NCBI GenBank assembly: GCA_964512655.1
Contig: CAZEJT010000011.1
Location: 2,848 to 66,847 of the forward strand
Reading direction: 5' to 3'
DNA from: an uncultured Chlorobiaceae bacterium
GTDB lineage: Bacteria > Bacteroidota > Ignavibacteria > UBA10030 > SZUA-254
Length of the DNA: 64,000 bases
Position 1 is the stretch's first letter, and each line of letters begins with the position of its first letter. Under the pieces are notes generated by a model. That model was given only the letters and a program-made list of their open reading frames with translations. It was not told the origin of the DNA and made no database searches. A program made the position numbers and the translations under genes. This document shows positions 1-11,795 of this stretch, one piece after another.

Positions 1-721
1 ACGTATAGGGCGACGAAAAAAACTCCGCGGGGCTCGAACCCCAAGAGCGGTTGATGATTTCGAACTTATCCGCCCCGCCCGCGGTGGCGAACCGCACGAC
101 GTCGCTCCATCCTCCCGGAAGATGGTGGAGGATAATCCCGAGCGATGCCGCCGCGCCCGCGAGGTAGATGACCAGCTGTGCGACGTCCATCGCCACGACG
201 GCCTTAAGGCCGCCCAGGTAGGTATAGACCAGCGTGCAGAGCCCGATGATGAGGATGCTCGTCGCATAGTCGAAGCCGGTGATGAGGTGGACGGGGATCG
301 CCGTCGCGAAGAGGCGCACGCCCGAGGCGAGGACGCGGGTGATCACGAACACGGACGAGGTGAATTTTCTCAGGGACGGGCCGAAGCGGCGCCCCAGGAA
401 ATCGTAGGCGGTCTCCAGGTCTCCCTTGTAATAGGCGGGGATGAAAATCGCGCTGACGAGGAGCCGGCCGATAAAGTACCCGAATGCCAGCTGGAGAAAG
501 TGTATGTTCCCTTTGTAGGCAAGCCCGGGAACGCTGATAAAGGTCAGAGTGCTGGTCTCGCTGGCGACGATCGAGAGCCCGACCGCCCACCAGCGCATCG
601 ATTTTCCGCCAAGAAAATAGTCACGAGAGGATTTTTGCCTGCCGGAGATGAGGATGCCGGAGGCGGTGACGCCGAGGAGATATGCTGCTACGATGAGATA
701 GTCGATGGTGGAGAAACCCAT
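1..721 (-). CDS. Sodium:solute symporter (SSS/SLC5 family), N-terminal part; runs off the window start
   Basis: Absent from the ORF track. Manual translation from ATG at 721 gives MGFSTIDYLIVAAYLLGVTASGILISGRQKSSRDYFLGGKSMRWWAVGLSIVASETSTLTFISVPGLAY, the typical SSS N-terminus. Confidence 0.9.
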   Translation of the reverse strand, partial: MGFSTIDYLIVAAYLLGVTASGILISGRQKSSRDYFLGGKSMRWWAVGLSIVASETSTLTFISVPGLAYKGNIHFLQLAFGYFIGRLLVSAIFIPAYYKGDLETAYDFLGRRFGPSLRKFTSSVFVITRVLASGVRLFATAIPVHLITGFDYATSILIIGLCTLVYTYLGGLKAVVAMDVAQLVIYLAGAAASLGIILHHLPGGWSDVVRFATAGGADKFEIINRSWGSSPAEFFSSPYT

Positions 722-760
722 CGGAGGGGGCTACGGCCGGGAGAGGGCCATCAGATCCCC

Positions 761-1096
761 TCAGCTCGCGAGGGCGTCGGCAACCTTGTCACTGATGGTG
801 AACACGCGGTCGAGCTGGGAAATCTTCATCAAGTCGATCACTTTCTTGTTGACGTGGACGAGATTGACCCGGCCCCCGTGCTCGCGCATCGTGCGGTCGG
901 CGATGAGGAGGGCGCTCAGGCCGCTGCTGTCGCAGAACTGCACATCCGTCATGTCGACGATCAGGACCTGCGTGACCTTCGGCTTGCAGAGCACGAGGAA
1001 CTCCGCCTTCAATTCCGGGCACACGGTCGCATCGAGTTTGCGCCCTTTGAGCTTCAGGATCGTCGCCTTGCCGTTTTTTACCACTTCGAACTTCAT
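761..1096 (-). CDS. STAS-domain anti-sigma factor antagonist
   Basis: From ATG at 1096 (MKFEVVK): LKGRKLDA...IVDMTDVQFCDSSGLSAL, with the STAS DSSG phospho-Ser motif. Confidence 0.9.
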   Translation of the reverse strand: MKFEVVKNGKATILKLKGRKLDATVCPELKAEFLVLCKPKVTQVLIVDMTDVQFCDSSGLSALLIADRTMREHGGRVNLVHVNKKVIDLMKISQLDRVFTISDKVADALAS

Positions 1097-1116
1097 TCCT
1101 GCTCCGGTTATTCCTC

Positions 1117-1656
1117 TCAGAACATCGCAAGACACGCCGCGAACTTTTCGTAGAGCGCCTGCGGCGATTTTTGCGCGCTCAGGTTCACCTGCACGTTGTA
1201 GAAGATGTCGGCGGCCGAGTGAGCGAACCCGACGCGCACCCGTGCGCGCGACACTTTGCAAATATACGCAGTGTGCAGGACGAAGTCAAGATTCAGATCG
1301 ATCGCGACGTCGAACGGACGGGTCATGATCCGCTTCAGGAGGTTGCGCCGCGGAAGGGAGAACCTGTTGATGTCTGACGGATCGATGCGCACCACTTCGC
1401 TTCCCTTGAACTCCGAGAGCGGAGTCGATCGCGTGCTGTTGTGCACGATCGTCAGGTGAAGATGCGAGAGCCGGTCGCGGTGCGCCTTGAGCGCGGTGCC
1501 GGCGATGACCGAATTGTCGTACCCCGTCGGCAGCGTGATCAGGGCATTCTTCGCGTCGTGCAGGAAATCCGACATCGGCTGGACCACTTCGAGGTCGCTG
1601 CGGAACTGCAGTCTCGCCATCTGGAGCCCCATGAATGCGAATGCTTCGTCAAACAT
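1117..1656 (-). CDS. Conserved hypothetical protein (DUF6913-like, GT9-like segment)
   Basis: FDVAIDLNLDF...SRARVRVGF motif; tightly packed between ligA and the STAS gene. Confidence 0.65.
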   Translation of the reverse strand: MFDEAFAFMGLQMARLQFRSDLEVVQPMSDFLHDAKNALITLPTGYDNSVIAGTALKAHRDRLSHLHLTIVHNSTRSTPLSEFKGSEVVRIDPSDINRFSLPRRNLLKRIMTRPFDVAIDLNLDFVLHTAYICKVSRARVRVGFAHSAADIFYNVQVNLSAQKSPQALYEKFAACLAMF

Positions 1657-1660
1657 CTCC

Positions 1661-4640
<2,980 letters not shown>

Positions 4641-4722
4641 GTGAACCTGCCGGGAATCATCTCGTCATCATCAGGAGACCGGGTCGCGATATCGGGGCGG
4701 GATTTTGATTCTGTGCGCAAAC

Positions 4723-6993
4723 TTACGAAGTTCGATTCTGATTTGCAAGCGATCCGGCCCGTCCGGCCGGCGGAACGGGGCGGGAGTCGAGCACCGCCCT
4801 GATTTTCCGGGCCAGGTCCGGAAGCTCGTACGGCTTTTGGATGTACCCGTCGATCGATCGCGCGAACTCGTGATCGTCGAGCATCGCGGCGCTGTACCCG
4901 CTGCAGACGATCACCCTCATCGAGGGGCAGATTTCTTTCACGAGTTTGAACGTCTCGCGCCCGCCCAGCCGCGGCATGTTCATGTCGAGAATCACGAGGT
5001 CGAACGGCCTCCCGCCGCCGAGCCGGTCGATGGCGTCGCGCCCGTTCTCCGCCAGCTCGATCGTGTAGCCGAGCTCGCTCAGGATGTCCGAGCCCACTCT
5101 CCCCACCGAGATCTCGTCCTCGATCAGGAGGATTCGCTCCGATCCTCCCACGATATCGGACGCGGCCTTCTGCTCGGCCCTGATCGCGCCCGAGCGCTGC
5201 GACCTGGGCAGATACATGGTGAACGTCGTCCCGCTGTTCACCTCGCTCTCGACGGTGATGTTTCCATTGTGGCTCCGGACGATGCCGTAGACGACCGAGA
5301 GACCGAGCCCGGTTCCCTTCCCCGGCTCCTTGGTCGTAAAAAGCGGCTCGAACACCCTCTGGAGGTTTTCCTGGGGAATCCCCGAGCCCGAATCGGTGAC
5401 TTCCAGCCTGACGTACGGCCCGGCTTTGCCATTGGCGAGCTGGGCCGCCTGCACTTCGTCGAGGAGCGCGGGCGCGCATTCCACCTTGAGCACGCCTCCG
5501 TTCGGCATCGCGTCGCGCGAGTTCAGGCAGAGGTTCAGGAGGGCCTGTTGGAGCTGGCCGTCGTCCCCGTCGACGATAACGGGTTCGGTCGACGCCGTGA
5601 ACCTGATGTGGACGGTTTTGGGCATCGTGGCTTCGAAGAGCCGGAGCGTCTGGTCGATGATCGTGTTCATATCGACCGGATTGAACTGAGGCGTGTCTTT
5701 CCGGGCGAAGGTGTTGAGCTGGCGCGTCATGGCCGCCCCCCGCCGGGAGGTGGTCTCGATCAGATCGAGGTATTTCGTCAGGCGCTGGTCCGCGGCGACT
5801 TTGCGCTTCATGATCGAGGCCGATCCGAGGATTGCGGTCAGGATGTTATTGAAGTTATGGGCGATCCCGGCGGTAAGGTTGCCGATGCTGTCGATCTTCT
5901 GCGCCTGAAGAACCTTCTCGTCGATCTTCTTCTTGAGCGTAATATCGCGCAGAACGATCCGGACGACCGACGGGTGGCCGTCGACATCGTAGACCAGGGA
6001 GGTGTTGACACTGACGTCGAGCAGCGTTCCGTCTTTCCTCTGCACCTGCTCTTCCACTCCCTTCAGGTCCTGGCCGAACTCGAACATTCTCGTCAGATGC
6101 TCCCTCACATGATCGTGCTCGTCCTCCGGATAGAGCTTGAGAACCGACTGCCCGATCAGTTCCTCTTTCGCATAACCCAGCACCTGGCTCTCCGTGAGAT
6201 TGCAGCTGATCATGATCCCCTCGCGGTTGATGCTGTGGTACATGTCCGGCGAGTACTCGAAGAGATCGGCATACAGGCGCTCCGATTTCTTGAGCTGGTC
6301 GAAGAGAGAGGCGTTCTGGAGGGCGACGCTGATCTGGTTTCCGAAGGCCTGCATCAGCCCAAGTTTCTTGGCCTCGAACTTGCGCTCGTCCGTGCCGGCG
6401 ATGATGAGGACGCCGGCGAAGGAACCCTGGCGGACAAGAGGTATCGATGCGATGATCTCGAAGTCGAGGTTGCGGAATTCTTCCGACGCCGAGGCGATGA
6501 CCCGCGGGTCGCCCGCGTGCAGGACATTCGCCTCAGCCACCCACCGCAGTAGGCCGTCTTTGGCAATCTCCGGCGAAACGAAGAACTCGGGAACCTCTCC
6601 GGCGTGGTGCTTCAGGGTCAGCCCCTCGTTTTCCATGAGATAGATCCATCCGCAGCCGGCGTACATCAGCTCCATCACCTTTCCGAGGGCGGATTGCAGC
6701 ACGTATTCAAGTTCCACCGAATGATTCACCGCCTCCGCAATCGTGTTGAGCTCCAGAAGCTCCCGGCGCTGCTCCTCCAGCATCCTCCCATACTTGAGCG
6801 AAAAGTACACGCTGACGAAACCGATCACTCCCACCGTCAGGATGCTGATGAAATCCAGCCAGGTGAATCGGCTCCCCGTCACGAAATGGACCGTGACGAT
6901 GGTCCCCATCGCGACAATCACCGCCGTTGAGGCGACGATCTGGGACTGCTCTACGAGTCCCATCTTAGTAGCCGGTTTTCGGATCAGTTTCAT
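4723..6993 (-). CDS. Hybrid sensor histidine kinase (2 TM, GAF, PAS, HisKA, HATPase, REC)
   Basis: GIAHNFNNIL H-box, DSGSGI and GKGTGLGL ATPase boxes, C-terminal receiver FDLVILDMNMP. Confidence 0.95.
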   Translation of the reverse strand: MKLIRKPATKMGLVEQSQIVASTAVIVAMGTIVTVHFVTGSRFTWLDFISILTVGVIGFVSVYFSLKYGRMLEEQRRELLELNTIAEAVNHSVELEYVLQSALGKVMELMYAGCGWIYLMENEGLTLKHHAGEVPEFFVSPEIAKDGLLRWVAEANVLHAGDPRVIASASEEFRNLDFEIIASIPLVRQGSFAGVLIIAGTDERKFEAKKLGLMQAFGNQISVALQNASLFDQLKKSERLYADLFEYSPDMYHSINREGIMISCNLTESQVLGYAKEELIGQSVLKLYPEDEHDHVREHLTRMFEFGQDLKGVEEQVQRKDGTLLDVSVNTSLVYDVDGHPSVVRIVLRDITLKKKIDEKVLQAQKIDSIGNLTAGIAHNFNNILTAILGSASIMKRKVAADQRLTKYLDLIETTSRRGAAMTRQLNTFARKDTPQFNPVDMNTIIDQTLRLFEATMPKTVHIRFTASTEPVIVDGDDGQLQQALLNLCLNSRDAMPNGGVLKVECAPALLDEVQAAQLANGKAGPYVRLEVTDSGSGIPQENLQRVFEPLFTTKEPGKGTGLGLSVVYGIVRSHNGNITVESEVNSGTTFTMYLPRSQRSGAIRAEQKAASDIVGGSERILLIEDEISVGRVGSDILSELGYTIELAENGRDAIDRLGGGRPFDLVILDMNMPRLGGRETFKLVKEICPSMRVIVCSGYSAAMLDDHEFARSIDGYIQKPYELPDLARKIRAVLDSRPVPPAGRAGSLANQNRTS

Positions 6994-7123
6994 CGCGTTT
7001 TCCGCAAAAACTCTCGAAAAAATGTAAGAAGAATGGGGGTGAGTATCAAATGGAGGGTGACCGGACTCTGCGGGTGCCCCGTCGCCGCGGCGCGCACGCG
7101 CAAGCTTCAGGCTTCGGTTAGAG

Positions 7124-7271
7124 TGGTGTCACGGTCCAAACCGTGACACCACTGCGGAAGGAGAGAAATATTGGGCGGTAGTCGCGGCCTCTAAAATGGT
7201 GTCACGGTCCATACCGTGACACCGGCGCGGAAGGAGAGGAGTATTCGAGGGGCGCCGGCTTCAGCCGGCGT
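7124..7271 (+). repeat. Mosaic: two family-B palindromes 73 bp apart plus a REP-A copy
   Basis: TGGTGTCACGGTCCA(A/T)ACCGTGACACC at 7124 and 7197, each followed by GCGGAAGGAGAG..TATT; GGCGCCGGCTTCAGCCGGCG at 7251-7270. Confidence 0.85.
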
Positions 7272-7308
7272 AATGCTCTGGCGTTTGCTTACGGGGGATT
7301 AGGACTAG

Positions 7309-7382
7309 TCGGAACGGCGGGATTTGAACCCGCGACCCCTTGCACCCCAAGCAAGTGCGCTACCGGGCTGCGCTACGTTCCG
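7309..7382 (-). tRNA. tRNA-Pro(GGG)
   Basis: Reverse complement CGGAACGTAGCGCAGCCCGGTAGCGCACTTGC-TTGGGGT-GCAAGGGGTCGCGGGTTCAAATCCCGCCGTTCCGA folds as a cloverleaf with anticodon GGG; CCA is not encoded. Confidence 0.97.
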
Positions 7383-7408
7383 GGCCGAATCGGAGTGAAC
7401 GAGGAAAG

Positions 7409-7816
7409 CTAGGTCAGTCTTACCAGAAGTTCTTCGAGGAATTTCTTGATCTCGATCATGTCTCCCCGCAGGCGGTTATCGGTGCTCTTCGCGGGAGGGC
7501 TCTGCGCCGTTCCTGAAACCGCGGGGGTTTCGGTCATGAGCTCGAGCTGCTCGCCTCCTTCGTTCTCGGAGATATAATTAATCAGCACCTGTTTCGCGCC
7601 CTCGATCGTGTAGCGCTCCTCTCTCAGCAGTTTCTTGATGTAGAGGATCAGCTTGATGTCGCGGTTCGTATAGATGCGGTTGCCGGCCCGGTTTTTCGAT
7701 GGGTTCAGCAGCTCGAATTCCGATTCCCAGTACCGCAGGACGTACTGCTCAAGGTCGGTGATCTTGCTGACCTCGCTGATCGAGTAGTAGAGCTTCTTGA
7801 TGCCGATCTGCTTCAT
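7409..7816 (-). CDS. MerR-family transcriptional regulator
   Basis: KLYYSISEVSKITDLEQYVLRYWESEF...NRIY HTH; start taken at MKQIG (7816). Confidence 0.9.
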   Translation of the reverse strand: MKQIGIKKLYYSISEVSKITDLEQYVLRYWESEFELLNPSKNRAGNRIYTNRDIKLILYIKKLLREERYTIEGAKQVLINYISENEGGEQLELMTETPAVSGTAQSPPAKSTDNRLRGDMIEIKKFLEELLVRLT

Positions 7817-7904
7817 GCTCGTGGTCCCTTCAATGGACAAAGATGGGGGCGTTTCTGCGTTCAAGATATGGAATTTGCGGTCGAAAGGCAACGCGGGGAG
7901 CGGA

Positions 7905-8273
7905 TCACCGCTCAATGACCGCGAATGCTACAACGACATTTTCGGAGTGCGAAATCGACACCAGGACCCGGCTGTCCTTGAGGAGCTCCCGTACCCGGCC
8001 GTAGAGCACGACGGAAGGCTTTCCCGCGGCGTTGTTTTCCACTTCAACGTCCTTCCAGCGGAACCCCTCCGCCCAACCGGTCGAAAGCGCCTTCGCGACG
8101 GCTTCTTTCACGGCAAACCGCGCGGCAAAATGGTGGGTCGGGTTCTTCTTCCCGCGCGAATATGCCAGCTCTCTGAGCGTGAAAATTTTGCTCAGAAACG
8201 TCTCCCCCCACTCCCCGATGGCGCGCGCCATGCGTGGAATCTCCACTACGTCGACGCCGACGCCCTCAATCAT
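7905..8273 (-). CDS. acpS: Holo-[acyl-carrier-protein] synthase
   Basis: GVGVDVVE, AARFAVKEAVAKAL and SISHS motifs. Confidence 0.95.
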   Translation of the reverse strand: MIEGVGVDVVEIPRMARAIGEWGETFLSKIFTLRELAYSRGKKNPTHHFAARFAVKEAVAKALSTGWAEGFRWKDVEVENNAAGKPSVVLYGRVRELLKDSRVLVSISHSENVVVAFAVIER

Positions 8274-8967
8274 GGGCTATCAGGGCTCCCGCATTCTCCT
8301 TTTCGATGATCGGGATCAGGTCCTTCACGTCGTTGATCTCGTAGTCCGCATGCGTCTCCACCGTGCCGAAGGTATCGCCGTAGCGCGCGAACACCGTCTT
8401 CATCCCGATGTTGGCCGCGCCGATCATGTCCCGTTCCGCCCAGTCGCCGACCATGAGCGCCTCTTCTGGCCGTACTTCGAGCAGCTCGAGCGCCTTACGG
8501 AAAGGACCCGGGTTCGGCTTCCGCTGGCGCGTGTCGTCGAATGTCACGACGGAGTGAAAAATGTGGTGGAAGTTGAGATAGCAGAGCCTGAGCCATGCCT
8601 CGCGCGCCGGAGCATCTGAGACCACCGCGAGCAGCAGCCCCCTTTTCAGCAGCTCCATGAGGGTCATGTAGACGTGGGGATAGGGCACAAGGGCGGCCTC
8701 GCGCGCCCTCCGGTACGCGATGATGCCGGCGGAAAGGATCTTATAATTGACCTTGTTGAATACGTCGTAGAGAAGCTCGTCGAAGACGCTTTGAAACTCG
8801 ATGCCCCGCTCCTTGTAAATCGAATCGATCCGGGCCCTCGTCTCCTCCGGGGTGAGATTGAGGCCGGCATCGATCATGGCCCGGATGGCGGCGTCGACCG
8901 ACTGGCGCTTCATCGCCATGAAATCGACGAGGGTGTTGTCGAGATCGAATATGACCGCCCTGATCAC
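8266..8967 (-). CDS. HAD-IA family hydrolase
   Basis: FDLDNTL motif I, KPNP, MVGDWAERD motif IV. Confidence 0.92.
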   Translation of the reverse strand: MIRAVIFDLDNTLVDFMAMKRQSVDAAIRAMIDAGLNLTPEETRARIDSIYKERGIEFQSVFDELLYDVFNKVNYKILSAGIIAYRRAREAALVPYPHVYMTLMELLKRGLLLAVVSDAPAREAWLRLCYLNFHHIFHSVVTFDDTRQRKPNPGPFRKALELLEVRPEEALMVGDWAERDMIGAANIGMKTVFARYGDTFGTVETHADYEINDVKDLIPIIEKENAGALIAHD

Positions 8968-9242
8968 GAGTGCTGTTTCTGCTTCGCGGCGCGGGCCACC
9001 TCGTCCTCAATGAACTCGCGGAGGCTCGGTTTCACGAACGCGGTTTCGATGCCGAATTCGGCGAGCGCCTGCGCAAGGCACGATGCTTTCCGCTGATCGC
9101 TCAGGCGTTTGTTCACGACGAGCACATTCTGGTTCTTTAAAATGCAAAACCCGCCGTCAAAGTCGCCCTTCTCATACCGAAGTTCCAGTGCCAATTGGCG
9201 TGCGAGTTCTTCAAGCTCTTGCGCTATCTGGGGATAGTTCAT
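8964..9242 (-). CDS. Small conserved hypothetical protein
   Basis: 92 aa ORF overlapping the HAD start; RYEKGDFDGGFCIL...VVNKRL. Confidence 0.75.
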   Translation of the reverse strand: MNYPQIAQELEELARQLALELRYEKGDFDGGFCILKNQNVLVVNKRLSDQRKASCLAQALAEFGIETAFVKPSLREFIEDEVARAAKQKQHS

Positions 9243-9329
9243 CCATCATCGAAGTTGGGAATGCTCACCGGGAATATAAAGCTCCCTGCGTGCCTCATCA
9301 TAGCGATTTCCGGCCCGAAAATCAACACT

Positions 9330-11795
9330 TTAGAGCTTCGACCGGAGCGAATCGATGCGGGCGGCCGCGAATCTGTTCAGATGATCGACTCTCATCACAT
9401 CCCGATAGTATTCCATCGCGCGCCACGGGCTCCCCCTCCTTTCATACAATTGAGCGAGCAGCATCAGCGCCCCTGTATTTCCATCCGACTCGCGCAGGGC
9501 CATCTCCGCCTGATCGATCGATTCGTCGAAGAGCTCCATGGTCCGGCTTATCTTTGCGGTTTCAAAGTGAAGGGCGCTTCTCTCCGCGGCGGAGGGAGCC
9601 CGTTTCAGAGAATCTCCGATCTCGAGGAATCTCACGAACGCAAGAACCACCGGGTTCACGTCGTCTATATTTCTGAGGATCGCAAGGTACCTCCGCGCCG
9701 AGGCCGTGTCTCCGAGCGTAATGTCGAAGTGAAATCCCCAGAGCAGGCCGACGAAATACGTCGTATCGCTTTCAAGGAGGGCGTCCATGATCTCCGAAGA
9801 GCGTCGGTAGAACCCCATCCTCCAATACATCGCCGCCGCGCGGTACGTCTTGATCGGCCGCTCCATTGCGGAGGCCGCGTTGCGGGCTTTCGAGTAGAGA
9901 TCTGCCGCGTCAAAGAGGTTGCGCGAGGTCCCGAAGTATGAGAGCGATCCGGGCCGCGGAACCAGTCTTTCATATTCTCTCCGGGCGGCGGACGAATCGC
10001 CGAGAAAGAGGTCTGCGTGTAGGGCCTGAAAGAGCACGTCGGCCTCTTCCGGCGCGGTCTCAAGCGCACGGTGAAGGTCCGTCGAGGCCTCCCTGTAGGC
10101 GCCGCCCATGATCTCGTCCCTCCCTTTTCGCAGCAGGCCGGCCGCGGGACTTCCGCCTGAATTCGCGGATGCGGAGAGCGCGGGAGGAGCATTCTCACGG
10201 AAGCGCGAATGAACCCTGAAGAGATTCGGAGCGCCCGCGATGGGCTCGAACCAGAATCTCCGCGACTCCCGCATCAGGAATTCATACTGCCGCACCTCGA
10301 ACCGCGCCGGGGGAGCGAGGAGATACCTTACCCCGCCGTCGCGCAGGAAAGAGTCGAAGACGGGAAGGGCGAAGGCAGGATCGATGTGGATGATCTTTTT
10401 TCCGGTGGAGGCAAGAGCCGCATTTCTGACAGGACTTCCGATGACCGCATCCGCCGGGGCATTCTCCTCAATCCATTTCTTCACTGCCGGCCACTGATAC
10501 CTGAAGATCGCCGAGACGTCGGATCTCGCCGACATATTCTCCGGCGAGCGGAGGTACTCCAGATTCGTGCCGATTATTGAATAGAGGGCTACGAGATTGG
10601 GGAGGACCATGATCAGCGCGGCAACGCTGACAGCGGCTCCCCCTCGCAGGAACGCGGGAGCCGCGTTGAAACGGGAGATCCTGACGATTCCCCCCGCTAT
10701 ATAATAGAACGCCAGCGGCAGGAGCGGCAAGAGGAACCTGATGTCGTACGCCGGGTAGAGGCAGACTGCGCCCATCGCGAATACGCCGAAGAGGGCCCTC
10801 ACGAGACCTGCGCGAGATCTCCGCAGATCCTCGGCAACTCCAACGCACACAAGGATGAGCGCTCCGGCGAGAATGACATACCTGGCGGATGCGAGGAATC
10901 CTCCCATGAGCGCATAGAGGCCGGAAGGTCCCGCGATCAGGCCGGCAAGTTGGGGGGAATAGGCAGGATAGAAGATGAGTCCCCCGATCTGATCGGCATA
11001 CGCTGACACTGCTATCCATATCCTGAGAGCGAGCTCGTTCACGATCGGAGAATCTGCCGGCGTCACGAAATGCCGCGTGATGAGAGCGAGGTTGCCGATC
11101 TGCGCGCCGAACTTCGGCCCGATGAGCACTTCGTTTCTGAAGTACCAGAGCACGAAGGGGAGCGCGCCTGCCAGGAGCGCGGCGAACGCCCGTGCCCTTC
11201 TTCGCCCGATCATAAGCGCGACCGCGACCGCCACGAGGAGCGCCAGGCCCGCCTCGCGCAGAAGGGGCAGGAGCGAAAGAAGGAGCACGAAGGTCCAGAA
11301 CCTCCCTTTGGGAAGCTTCTCTGCCATCGTCCAGCGCTCGACAACCATCAGGAGCAGAATGGTGAGCGCAATGAATGGGGCTTCGGAGAGTGCCTCGGTT
11401 CCGTAGATCAGTGTGGCCGGGTTCAGAGCGAGGAGGAGCGTCGTCCAAACCGCCGCCCGTTTGCCGAAGGCACCGAGTATCCAGAAATAGAAGAGCACGA
11501 GAGCGAGAACGGCCCAGAGGAGCGTAGCCGCCTTGGCGGCGGCGATCGAGAGGGGAGCAACCGCCTCGACGGGTGCCATCAGAACCGAATAGAGGGGTGC
11601 GAGGGGAACGAACCGGTCTGGAGCGAGCTGAGTGGTATCGACGAATCCCTCCTGGTGCGCGAGCGAGCTTGCCCACGTGAGGTAACGGCAGCTGTCGCCC
11701 GAGAGCGAGAGATCATTCAGCCTCAGCAGTCCAAGGGCGATGAACACTCCGCAGATGAGGACAAGGGAACGGTGATTCGCGAGCGCCGTTTTCAT
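9330..11795 (-). CDS. GT-C (ArnT/PMT-like) membrane glycosyltransferase with C-terminal TPRs
   Basis: First-loop DSCRY, PLYS, LSEAPF motifs, many TM helices, helical TPR-like C-terminus. Confidence 0.8.
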   Translation of the reverse strand: MKTALANHRSLVLICGVFIALGLLRLNDLSLSGDSCRYLTWASSLAHQEGFVDTTQLAPDRFVPLAPLYSVLMAPVEAVAPLSIAAAKAATLLWAVLALVLFYFWILGAFGKRAAVWTTLLLALNPATLIYGTEALSEAPFIALTILLLMVVERWTMAEKLPKGRFWTFVLLLSLLPLLREAGLALLVAVAVALMIGRRRARAFAALLAGALPFVLWYFRNEVLIGPKFGAQIGNLALITRHFVTPADSPIVNELALRIWIAVSAYADQIGGLIFYPAYSPQLAGLIAGPSGLYALMGGFLASARYVILAGALILVCVGVAEDLRRSRAGLVRALFGVFAMGAVCLYPAYDIRFLLPLLPLAFYYIAGGIVRISRFNAAPAFLRGGAAVSVAALIMVLPNLVALYSIIGTNLEYLRSPENMSARSDVSAIFRYQWPAVKKWIEENAPADAVIGSPVRNAALASTGKKIIHIDPAFALPVFDSFLRDGGVRYLLAPPARFEVRQYEFLMRESRRFWFEPIAGAPNLFRVHSRFRENAPPALSASANSGGSPAAGLLRKGRDEIMGGAYREASTDLHRALETAPEEADVLFQALHADLFLGDSSAARREYERLVPRPGSLSYFGTSRNLFDAADLYSKARNAASAMERPIKTYRAAAMYWRMGFYRRSSEIMDALLESDTTYFVGLLWGFHFDITLGDTASARRYLAILRNIDDVNPVVLAFVRFLEIGDSLKRAPSAAERSALHFETAKISRTMELFDESIDQAEMALRESDGNTGALMLLAQLYERRGSPWRAMEYYRDVMRVDHLNRFAAARIDSLRSKL

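Noticed and set aside
7124-7245. Possible mini-CRISPR (two palindromic repeats, 73 bp period)
   Set aside because: Only two units, the intervening sequences resemble each other, no cas genes, and the same palindrome is dispersed elsewhere.
7309-7382. tRNA-Pro as an integration site
   Set aside because: No integrase and no duplicated tRNA 3' end seen in the window.
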